Origin: Piromyces finnis finn
Lineage: Eukaryota > Fungi > Neocallimastigomycota
DNA length: 64,000 bases
NCBI GenBank assembly: GCA_002104945.1
Contig: MCFH01000007.1
Span: 744,001 to 808,000 of the forward strand
Reading direction: 5' to 3'
Shown one piece after another: positions 37,756 to 49,798 of this stretch. The notes under the pieces are model-generated. The model did no database searches. It was not told the DNA's origin and saw only the letters and a list, made by a program, of their open reading frames with translations. Each line of letters opens with the position of its first letter. The stretch's first letter is position 1. The position numbers were made by a program, and so were the translations under genes.

Positions 37756-39305
37756 AGAATATTAATGAAAATTTCAGAAAATATGTAAATTCATTGTCTA
37801 ATTTAGCAGACATATTTATTAATGATGCTTACAGTCTATCTCATAATGAATATACGTAAATATTGCATTTTACATTAATTTTATAAATACTCCATTAATA
37901 TTATAATATATTTACAATCATTTTTATTATATTTATTATAATTCATCTTTTTTTTGCAATTACTATAAAAATAGCTCACTTGTTGGTTTAACAATACCAA
38001 CTAGAGTCTCTGGATTATTATTAAAACGAGAATTGGATGTAATATCATTAACAATGGATAATCCAAAAGGGCCATTTGTTGCAATCATTGGAGGGTAAAT
38101 TTTAGTATGAAAAATAAAAATGAAGTTTTACATTTTATTAATTAATGATAAAAATATTCTATTAATGCGTATTTACTATTTATATTATTTTAAACCTATT
38201 TTTGCCACAGACTTGATATTAATGAAAATTGCGAGTTAATGTATAATTTATTAGAAAAAGTTAATATTCTTATTATAATTGGTAATTTGGCCTTTGTTTT
38301 CAAATATGTTTTAAATAATATAAAGGTACAAGAATAAGGAATTAAAAGATAAATATAATATAGTATAAAATTATTTCATATATAAAAAAAAGCAATAATA
38401 AATTTTAATGTAATAATAATTAATATATTAAAATATTATTATTATAGATTGGTTGCTCAGAATTTGATGAAAATTTAGTCGATTTTGTTAATAACATTAT
38501 AGAAAAAGCAAGAAAATATAAAGTAGAACTTTTCTTCCCAATTGATTATATTATTGCAAATAAATTAAGTAAAGATTCAAAAGTTGGAATAACAAATGAT
38601 AATCATGGAATACCAGGTACTAAAATTGATCTAAAAACAATAAGAACTTACAAAATGAAAAAATAATATTAAATAAATTAAATACTATATTTTTATTTTC
38701 TAATAGACGGTTGGACAGGTGTTGATATTGGACCAAAAAGTAATGTTATTTTTAATAAAATAATACTTTCAGCAAAAACCATATTTTGGATTGGGTAGGT
38801 TTTTTAATTTATATATATATATATATATATATATACGAATATTATTAAAAAAAATGATGAAAATATGATTAAAATATAATTAATAAATTCATTTAGAGTG
38901 GCAGGTTATCATGAAATTGATAAATTTTCAAAAGGAACAAAGCATCTTATTGAATCAATTGCTGAATCTACACTTCAAGGAGCTATATCTATAGCAGCAG
39001 GAAAAGATACTGTAAAAGCAATCGCAAAATATAAAGCTCAAAATAAAATATGGTAATTATCTCTTAAAATTATAAATTTAAAAATCACTATATATTTGTT
39101 ATTTAATTATTATTTTATTTTATTTTATTTTATAGTCATATCTCAACTGGAAATTCAAAAACATTCGAGGTAAAAAAAAATCATATATTATTAGATTATA
39201 AATAGATATAAATATTTAAAAAATAAAATTAATTCAAAATTTGTTTAACAGTACTTAGATTGTAATATGCTTCCAGGTGTAATAGCTTTATCAAACAAAA
39301 TTTAA
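37107..39305 (+). CDS. Phosphoglycerate kinase-like protein with degenerate catalytic motifs (probable pseudoenzyme); 10 exons
   Basis: Full-length colinear PGK: KLSIKDVNIENKRVLIRVDYNIP, SHL, FIPNCVG, LLENLKFHPEE, LADIFINDA, GLLLKREL, PFVAIIGG, PIDY, DGWTGVDIGPKS, AKTIFW, FSKGT, HISTG, LPGVIALS. All 9 introns are phase-consistent and I found no internal stop. Confidence 0.92.
37667..37753. repeat. (TTTA)n intronic microsatellite
   Basis: Direct reading; lies inside intron 2 of the PGK-like gene. Confidence 0.92.
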
Positions 39306-39436
39306 ATATTATTTCTAATAGTTATTGGATTTATTATATTTTATAAAAATTGTAGTATCACTATTTACTATTATCGAATTTCTTTTCATTTTTTCCTTTA
39401 ATCAGTTATTTTTTGACACTCCTTTAATTATAGATA

Positions 39437-39467
<31 letters not shown>

Positions 39468-40115
39468 GATAAAGCTATAAGAAATACCCAAAAAAGACTT
39501 AAACTTTATTTTATATAAAAAAATGTCAATTAATATTTTCATTTAATATATTTATCAAATAAATGATTAAAATCATAATAAAAAAAAAGGTAAATAAATA
39601 ATTCTATTTATGTTACCTTTAAAAAAATATTATTAAATAAATTAAAAGAATACTAGTGTTATAGGGGATAATAAGAATTTTCTGTGCATAGAAAGTCATC
39701 TGTGCATAAAAATGGTTCAAAGCTTTTATTTAATTAATATAAGATTTTTATCTTTTAAGTTTTTAATTTTATAAATTATTTTGTTAATTTAAGTTTATAA
39801 AACTAAATTAAGCATTAAAAATTAAAATCTTCAATTAAAATTATTTTTTTTCCTAATTATTATTTAAATTTACAATTTAATCACCATTGAAATTAAGGGT
39901 TTTATGTATATATATTTAATACAATAAAATAATGAATAGAATATTTAATTTATTGCTAAACTTTAAAACTTGTTAAAATACACTTATATAAATAGTTATT
40001 TTATATAGAAAGAGAAAAGATATTATGACAAATGTTTAGTTATTTCTTTTTTAAAATAAATAAATCTAATAGATATATAATAATATATGATATAATGTAA
40101 CAATAAAGTTATAAA

Positions 40116-41960
40116 ATGTATTCAAAATTATCAGTAAAAATAAAGTATATAAAAAAAATTTTTATATTTGGGTTTTTTTTCATTTCAATATTACTTATAA
40201 TTTTAGGTATGTTTTTTACTTAAAATAAAAGTACTTATTAAGAAAAAAACAATATTTATATGATTTTATTTTTAAAATATAAAAAATAAATATTGATATA
40301 ATATATAGGACATAAACCACTTCATAATTCAAAAATTAATAAAAGAGAAGAAAGCACTAATGTTAAAAATAAATTAATATCATATTTCAAAAATGAATTA
40401 CACAATTTATTTTCTTTAACGAGAGATAATTTAATAGTAAATGATGATGAATTTGATATAAATAAACTTAATTTAACAGTGAAAACTTTTACATATTCGT
40501 TAGACGAATATCGATCATATAATGAAACAAACAAAAATATAAAAAAGAAAAGGAAAAGATCTGATGAAACAATTACTATCAGAGGATTGTTTCAGACATC
40601 AGCACCTGGAATTGCAGATACAAATATTGAAAAAGACTTATTATTGAAATTGTTATATGAATGGGCACCAAAAAATTTAGAAAACTATGATAATATATCA
40701 TTTGAATTAACTTTTGTAAATGCATCAAAACAAACAACAGATTATGAAAAAATGGTATCCCAACAGCTTAATGGAAAAAATAGTAAATATGATTTTTATA
40801 TGATTGATTCAGTATGGACCGGAAGGTACGGTGAACATTTAATTGATCTTCAAGGAAAAGTTAGTGCAGAATCTGTTAATAAATTTGCGAAAGTCAATTT
40901 AGATTCATGTAAATATGAAAATAAATTAACAGCACTGGTATATATTATATCATAATTATTCATATATAATATTAAAAATCATATGTAATATTCACATTTT
41001 CAATTTCTATATTATTCATTTTTAATTCAAAAGCCATTATACTCTGATTATGGTGTGCTATTATATAGAAAAGATTTATTAGAAAAGTATAATCAAAATA
41101 TTCCAGAAACATGGGATCAATTAGAATATATAGCAGAGTATATTTTAGAAAAAGAAGGAGGTGACCTTGAAGGATTTGCTGGGCAATTTAAAGGTAATTC
41201 AACTTAAAATATATATTATACAGTTTCAAAAATGTATATTCATTATTTATTAAAAATAAAATAAAAATAAAAATATGTATATGCTATAAAGCTTATGAAG
41301 GATTAACATGCAATATTTATGAATGGATATATTCATTCAGAGATGAGGTTAACACTAAATTAAATTACTTTAATGATGATTTTGCATTAAAAGCATTGAA
41401 AAAATTAATATCGTTATTGAATAAATCTATTATATCAAGTAAATATAAGATAATAATAAATTTTTTTAGTTTAATTAATAATACTCTTATCATTAAATAC
41501 TTTACTTTTTTATTTCAACATTATCATAAAAAAAATAAAATAAAAAATATACTAGCTGAAGCATTGATTTATGAAGAATCAACATCATTAGAAAAATGGG
41601 AAAAAGGAAAGGTATTATTTATGAGAAATTGGCCAAATGCTTTACAATCTACCGAAGAAATGTTTAATTCCACCGGTGTTAAGTTTCCATTTGGAATGGC
41701 AAGACTTCCTGGAAGAAAGGTAGGATTATCAGCTGCAACACTTGGAGGATGGAATTTAGGAGTCTCAAAATACTCAAATAACCCTTTTATTGCTGCAAGA
41801 GTAGTTGAATTTTTAACCGGAGAATATAGTCAAAAACAAAGGGCATTAAAATTTAGCGTATTGCCAACTATTACAAATTTATATTCAGGTATATAAATAA
41901 ATTATAATATAAAAACATATTATTTTATTATTTTATTCCATTAAAAAATTAATATTAATG

Positions 41961-42013
<53 letters not shown>

Positions 42014-44770
42014 CAGATAAAGATATATGTAATGTTATTATGTGTGAAATATATAAAGACATTCAAGCTATTAATAGACCATCAAATGAAGAAAACTATT
42101 TAGATCTTTCACAGGTAATTTATGAAACAATTCATAAAGCATTAGAAAATACTATTTCTGCTGAAGATGCTATTAAAACAATTAAAAAATATACAAATAG
42201 TACGTTATTACAATTAAATTTTATTTAGTTGTCTATAATTATTTACTTTCATAATTATATAATTAAAATAATTTCCTTTTGACCATTATAATATTATAAT
42301 ATATCAAAGCTGAATACATTCACAGTAATTATCCTTCTACTATTCTAATCCTTGGATGTACAATTTTATTACAAATAATAATTCTTGTAATAGCATGTGT
42401 TATATTAAAATATAGAAAGTTAAAATTTATTCAACGGTCAAATCCAATTTATATGTTTATTATACTTTTTGGATTGTGTTTACAATGTTTTACTATTTAT
42501 AGTTATGTTGGTAAACCAAACGACAATATATGTACATTAAGAGCATGGATAACAAATATACCATTAACTATAATTATTATGGCGATTTTTACTCAGGTAT
42601 ATTTATTTATAAATAATGTTCTTTTTTTTTCGAAAAAAAAATATTAAGTATAATAATACTAACTTTTTATCTATTATATTTAATAACTTTTAAAAGTCTT
42701 TTAGAATTTATGTTATTCTAAATAATGATAAATTTAAAAAATTAGAAATTCTTTTGAAAAATAAATTTTTATTATTATTAATATTCTTCTTTGTTGCTTT
42801 AGTTTCATTATTACTATCTATTGGACAAATACTAGACCCCGTTGTACAGCAAACAAAAACAATAAAAATTGACTCAAATGAGGTAGAGAAATATTATATA
42901 TGTACATCAAAAGATAATATAACAAGTGCTGTATATTTCATATTGGTTATCATAGATGGTATTATTATCTTTACAGGTATTTATATATCAAAAGAAATTA
43001 AATCAGTAGCATCAGAATTCTATGAAAGTGTACACATTACATATGCTCTTTATTGTAAGTGTTATTTTATAATTCTTTTTCTTTGATATAAGACACTAAT
43101 AAATATATATACACATATATTAACTAGGTATTCTGACTACCCATGTAATATTATATTTGTTAACATTCACATTTTTATCAAATGTGTATACAGTATTTTA
43201 TATTAAATCTTCTCTAATTCTATTGTGCGTATTATTCGTAACTGTTTTAATCTTTTTCCCGAAAATGAGCTCTCTTTATCTATATAGAAAACGTCAAAAA
43301 AAGAAAAAGATGATGAAAAATAAATCAATGTGGAAAAATAATGAAAATTCTGACTATGATATCATAAGTGCAGATATTATTGGTAGCAATATATCAAAAA
43401 AAAGTAAAAACAGTAAAAATAAAAATCCTAAAACTCTGAGTATTTATAAATCTGAAAATAATATCAATGAAGAAGAAGATGATGATGACATAAAATCAAC
43501 CACATCTTCTTGTTTCACAAACTATTCGCCAGATACATTAAATACAATAAAAGGTGTATTGTTAGTACGGAATTCAAATAATGTTTCATCATTAAAAAAT
43601 AAAAGTTTTGAACATTGCAAAGTTGTACTTATAATGGATGCAAAAATTTTATCAATAGAATTATTACTTGACTCTGATGCCAGCGAAAAAATACAAAAAT
43701 TATATGATAAAGAAGTTAATAATAGTAATAATATATATAAAAGTATTGATCACCATTACATACACTCAGTATTAAGAGACAAAAGACAAATTATATCTAT
43801 GCTTAATATATCGCTATGTCGAGATACTAATATAATTAAAGAGCATATTATTAGGTTCGTTGTAGAAGATCTAACATGGTATGAATTTTTAATTGAAGAC
43901 GATAACGAATTTAGAAGATGGATGGATTCAATGGAGAGTGTACTTAAGCAAAATTTGAATGACTTTTTCGGAATCGAATTTGTACCAAAGCCAATTGAAG
44001 ACTATTCCACGGATGAAAAAGATGATAATATTTCTGTTAATAACGTATTAAATCAGTATACTTCAACCTCAAGTATTAATAATATTAAATTGTCAACATC
44101 TTTCTATACCAATATGGATGCTAATAATCTATACAAATTTACTAAGAAGAAGTTATCTATAAATTTAGAAAATATTAAAAACGAAAACATTGATAATATA
44201 AATAAATATAAATATGTCATGGAACACAGTATAAATTCATTTTCGCCAAGTGACTTCTCATACACAGATAATAAATTAAAAGGTAATCAAAGTGATTTCT
44301 CGTGTGTTTCAGTTATTAAGCCAAGTAATAAAAGTGTAAAAAGTAAAAGAAACAAAAATAAAAGTATAGATAATATCTCTTTTGAATTAAGTGGAAATCA
44401 TATATCAAATAGAAGAGGAAGTTCTGTATCAATGGATACTACTTTTAGCTACGCGAAAAGAGATATATATTCAAATAAGGAATCAAAAAAACAAAATAAT
44501 GAAATAAGTACAACTAATAAATTACTCAAAAATTATAATAACTTCTCGAATTACAATAATAAAAGTATTGGAAGTATGCCTAATTACAACGAATCTATAA
44601 ATAATACACATGAAAGAAAAAGAAACAATAGTTTAGGTGAATTACATTATAGTAATGAGAGAATAAACCTTAATAATAATATAGACAATGGTTCAATATC
44701 GGTTCCAAATATTGAAATAAATTATATTACTGCAAATAATAGCAAAAATACTAACAACAACAACAGCAGC

Positions 44771-44813
<43 letters not shown>

Positions 44814-44911
44814 GTAATTCTTTGAAAAATAATTACAATATATCCGCCGAAAATGATTATATTATTCAAATTCAAAATAATAATAATAGCAATACTAAAT
44901 TTTCTAAATAA
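40116..44911 (+). CDS. Class C (7tm_3, GABA-B-like) GPCR with an N-terminal bacterial-type ABC sugar-binding domain and a C-terminal PH-like domain; copy 1
   Basis: Hydrophobic leader MYSKLSVKIKYIKKIFIFGFFFISILLIILG. SBP motifs: YDFYMIDSVWTGRY, LPLYSDYGVLLYRKDLLEKYNQNIPETWDQL, GFAGQFKAYEGLTCN, FMRNWP, TLGGWNLGVSKYSNN. 7TM motifs: KYRKLKFIQRSNP, CTLRAW, DP...YYIC, KSVASEFYES, LIFFPK. PH-like segment ending FLIEDDNEFRRWMDSMESVL. Confidence 0.88.
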
Positions 44912-45223
44912 TGAATCCATACTTAAAAAATAGATAATTATATTTTGAAAAGAAATATTATCATAACATCTATTTGTATAATTTTTTATTATTTTTTCTA
45001 TTTGTTAATTTGCATCTTCAAATTAAAATAAAATAATTAAATGTAAAAAAAAAAATAATAATAATAAATATTTGAAAAAATATTATATATTGAATAAAGT
45101 TCAAAATCTTGCTTATTAAAGTGTGAACATATTAAAATATAAAAAAGGAAAAATATATATTTAAAATAATGATTTATAGTATTAGCTTTTTGTTAATATT
45201 AGTTCTATTATTATAATGTAATA

Positions 45224-48200
45224 ATGGGAAAATATACCATAATAAATAAAAACTATAGTCTTGTTATATATATAAAAATAATAATATTATTATTCATAGT
45301 AATTATTAGTATACCTTTTTTACTTGGTAAAACAACCTTTTTAATAATCTATTAAATATAATTGAATAAAAATTAATTATAAATTTAAAATAATAATATT
45401 TTATGTATATATAAAAGATTTTCCTTATATAAAAGATAAATATAACAATAATAATAATGTAATAAGCGGAAAATATAAAAAATCATTAGATGAAAATAAT
45501 ATATTGTATAAAACTAATAATACAAGTAAAAGTGGATATGAATTTAAGGAAAGCATTGAATACATTTATTTGGATTCAAATAAATTAGATTTAATAATTA
45601 AAAGTTATACATATTTATTAGACAATTTTAGATCAAATAGTCAATCAACCAAGCATAGCAACAATAATATTTCTATTAGAGGATTATTTGATAACTCACT
45701 ACCAGGAATTATAGAATCACTATCTGAAAGTGGAATATTCGAAAGCGCATTAAAAGAATGGGCATCTGGAATTCTTGATGGATATGAAAGTATCACATTC
45801 GAGTTAGCACATATTTATACTTTGAAAAAAAATGTTGATTATGAAAAAATATTATCTCAACAACTTAAAATAAAAAATAGTAAATTTGATTACTTTATGC
45901 TAGATTGTGTATGGACAGGAAAATATGGAAATCATTTTATTGATCTTCAAAAAAAAATAAATCCAAATACAGTCAAAGTTCACTCTCCAGTTAGCTTAAA
46001 TACCTGTAAATATAATTTAAAATTAAAAGCATTGGTGAATATTAAAACATTGAATAGATTGTATAAATATAAATTTTTATTTATATATCTATATAATTAA
46101 TATAATTAATATATTTTGTATCAAAGCCATTATATTCAGATTATGGGATTATGCTATATAGAAAAGATTTACTGGAGAAATATAATAAAACTGTTCCTAA
46201 TACATGGAGTGAATTAGAATCAACAGCAACATACATTATGAAAATGGAAGAAACCTTAGGAAATAAAGAATTAGAAGGTTTTGCAGGGCAATTTAAATGT
46301 AATTTTAATAAAAAGTAAAATTTTTATATATATTTTTATATTTTAACAATAATAAATATCTTTTTATAATGAAAAGCCTATGAAGGCTTAACATGCAACA
46401 TATATGAATGGATATATTCATTCAGAGATAAATATGATTCAACCCTTGATTATTTTAATGATCATTCTTCCTTGACAGCGTTAAAAAAGCTTATATCTTT
46501 TTTTAGTAAATCCATTATATCACGTAATAATATAAAACTTTTTTTAAAAACTAATTTTATAGGTATATAATTTTTTACTATGGAATATATTAAATTGTTG
46601 AATAAATTTTTTTATAGATGAAGCGTTAATATACGATGAACCAACTTCCTTAGATAAATGGAAAAAAGGAAATGTATTATTTCTTAGAAATTGGCCAAAT
46701 AGTGTTCGAAGTACAGAAGAATCATTTAAAAATTCTGAAATAAATTTTTCTTTTGGAGTAACAAAACTTCCTGGTAGAATACCTGATTTATCTGCATCAA
46801 CACTTGGAGGATGGAATGTAGGTGTTTCTAAATACTCAAAAAATACTCTTCTTTCATCAAAATTCATCGAACTTATGTCTGGAGAAAAAGTTCAAAAAAA
46901 ATTAATAATTGATTTAGGCCTACTTCCAACGATTAAAACCCTATATTATGGTAAAATAAAAAAAATGAATAATACATAATAATTTCTTTTTTCAATTTAA
47001 ATTTTATTAAATAAAATATTTTCGATTTTAAAAATAAAGATAAAGAAGTATGCAATGTTATTATGTGTGATGTCTATAAAGATCTTCAAGGAATCAATAG
47101 ACCCTCAGATGATGAAAATTATTTAGAATATTCAAAAATCATTTACGAAACGATATTTAACTCATTGCGTAATTCTATAACACCAGAAATGGCAATTAAT
47201 ACAATAAAGAAATATACTAATGGTATACTTATATTAGCATATTATATATTACACTGATAATTATTTATAAATCATATATTAATATCTCTTTTTTTTTATA
47301 TTTATAATACTAACATGCTCTACAGTTAAATATATTAACGTTTCAAAACCAATTACAATTACGATGATTGGATGTACAATAATATGTCAAGGATTAATGT
47401 TTATTATTGCATATAATTTAATAAAATATAGAAAACTGAAATGTATCTATAAATCAAATTTAGTATCATTAATAGCACTTCTTATAGGTTTACTTTTTTA
47501 TTCCTCCACAGTTTATTACTTTATTGGTGATTTAAAAGAAAATAAATGTTCAATAACTTTATGGATAATGAATCTATCAATGATATTCATTACATCAATT
47601 TTATTGATTAGGGTATTTTAATATTAAATTTAGAATGAATGACTAATTGCTTCTATAAATATTATTTATATATCATATATTAACAATTATTAAATTTATT
47701 ATAATTAATGTTTTATTAAAAAAAAGTCTCTAAGAATTTGTATTATATTAAATTACTGTAGAATCAAGTTTGTCAATATCTTAATTAAAAAAAAAGTATT
47801 AATATTTATATTCGTCAGTATTATCATTATTATTGTATTGTTACTTTCATTGGCTCAAATTATTGATCCAATAGAAAGAAAAACAAGAATAATTAGACTT
47901 GATGATATTGAAATTGAAAGGTTTTATGTCTGTGAGAACAAAAACAAATATTCATTAATTATATATGGAATTATTGCTATAATTAGTTTCATTATAAATC
48001 TTAGCGGATGGTATATATCGAAAAAAATTAAATCTGTAGCATTAAATTTTTATGAAAGCATAAATATTGATAAACCTTTTATTGGTAAAAAATAAAAAAT
48101 CACTATTATTATGATATGATAATTAACCAAAAAATATATAATAGTTTAACTTATGATAATTTTACTATTTTTTTTTTTTTAATATTTCTTTCCATTTAGG

Positions 48201-49329
48201 TTTCCTTTTAACATACATAATTCTTATACTTTCACAATTCACATACATATCAAATATATATTTACTATTTTGTTTAAAAACACTGATAATATTAGCTAAC
48301 ACAATCTATGTTACCATTATAATCTATTATCAAAAAATATCTTCAGTTTATTTATATATAAAAAATCAAAAAAAAAAGAAAAAGAGAGTTATCCTTAAAA
48401 TCAATAACAATAGTAGAAGTAATATAAATTTTATAAATGCAGAAATTCGGAGTGATAATTATTTATCAAAAAATCAAAACTACATCAATAGATCTATAAT
48501 AAATAGTACAGTAATAAATATGAATGGCATAGTCGCAGATACAACTTCAAGTATAATTTCATGTTTTTCTAATTATGCTGAAGATACTACAAATATTCTT
48601 AAAGGTATTATATATGCAAAACATTCCACTACTATTAATGAACTGGTAAAAAGAAATTTTTTCCAATGTGAAATTGAATTGATAAAAGATGTTAAATTTA
48701 TGGCTATAAGAACAATTCAAAATACATATACTGCCGAGAATAAAATGGCATCTGAATTTAGCATAAATAAGAAAAAAATTGTATCATTATTAAATATGGC
48801 TCTCTGTAAGGAATATAATATGAAAAATAATCATAATATTCGATTCACTATCCAAGGTTCGTTATGGTTTGAATTATTATTTGAGAATGATGAAGAGTAC
48901 AAACATTGGAATGAAACTCTACAAAATATTGAAAAACAAAATATAAGTAGTATTTATGAAATGAATGATGAATCAGAAACAAAAGAAGATTATTCTCAAT
49001 ATATACTAAATAATGATAATGCTATTTCAGAAATATTAAATGAATATAATTATTATTATTATTATAATATTGAAGATAATAATAATGAAAATCAAAAAAA
49101 TGATGGTAACAACAACGATATTAATAATAATGATAATAATAATAATAATAAAACCATTAAAATAAAAAACACAAATATTTCAACATCATTCTACATAAAT
49201 AAAGATGTAAATAATTTATATAAGGAAACAAAAAAGAAACTAAACATAACATTTGACAATCTCCAGATGAAAAATAATGATAATAATAGTAAACAATCGT
49301 ATATCTTGAGTCATTTATTAGTTCATTAA
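45224..49329 (+). CDS. Tandem paralog: sugar-binding domain/class C GPCR/PH-like domain; copy 2
   Basis: Leader MGKYT...IILLFIVIISIPFLLG. SBP motifs: FDYFMLDCVWTGKYG, PLYSDYGIMLYRKDLLEKY, GFAGQF, YEGLTCNIYEWIYSF, FLRNWP, TLGGWNVGVSKYSKN. 7TM motifs: KYRKLKCIYKSN, DPIERK...FYVC, KSVALNFYES. PH-like segment ending FENDEEYKHWNETLQNI. Exon layout parallels copy 1. Confidence 0.86.
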
Positions 49330-49798
49330 ATTGAAACAGTCATCATTAAATAAATAATAAAATGGCAATATAAATTAATCATTATTCATTAATATAATTC
49401 AATTATAAAATTTTGTTATATAATTAAAATAACTAAAAAAAATAAAAAATATAAAGAAACACTATCAATAACAATTGCTTTGATAAATTAATAATAATAA
49501 AGATATTAATAAAAAAAAAAAAATAAAATAAAATAAAAAATAATAATAATTACTATAAATATAAATATATATATTAAAAATAAGGTTTAAAAAAAATATT
49601 ACTAATTAGTCAATATTTATTATATTCAATTAAATATTAAATTAATTTTACGATATTTTAATTTATTATGTTTTAAAAAGTCTTTATTATTACTTATAGG
49701 TTGCATATATACAAAATATTTTTATCAGTATGTACATGAATATGGTTAATCCTATATACTATATATTATAAATATTAACACATAAAGTGTTACAATAA

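Noticed and set aside
37107-39305. Calling the PGK-like gene a pseudogene or the main glycolytic PGK
   Set aside because: The reading frame and splice phases are intact, so it is not an obvious pseudogene. The catalytic motifs are lost, so it cannot be the working PGK.
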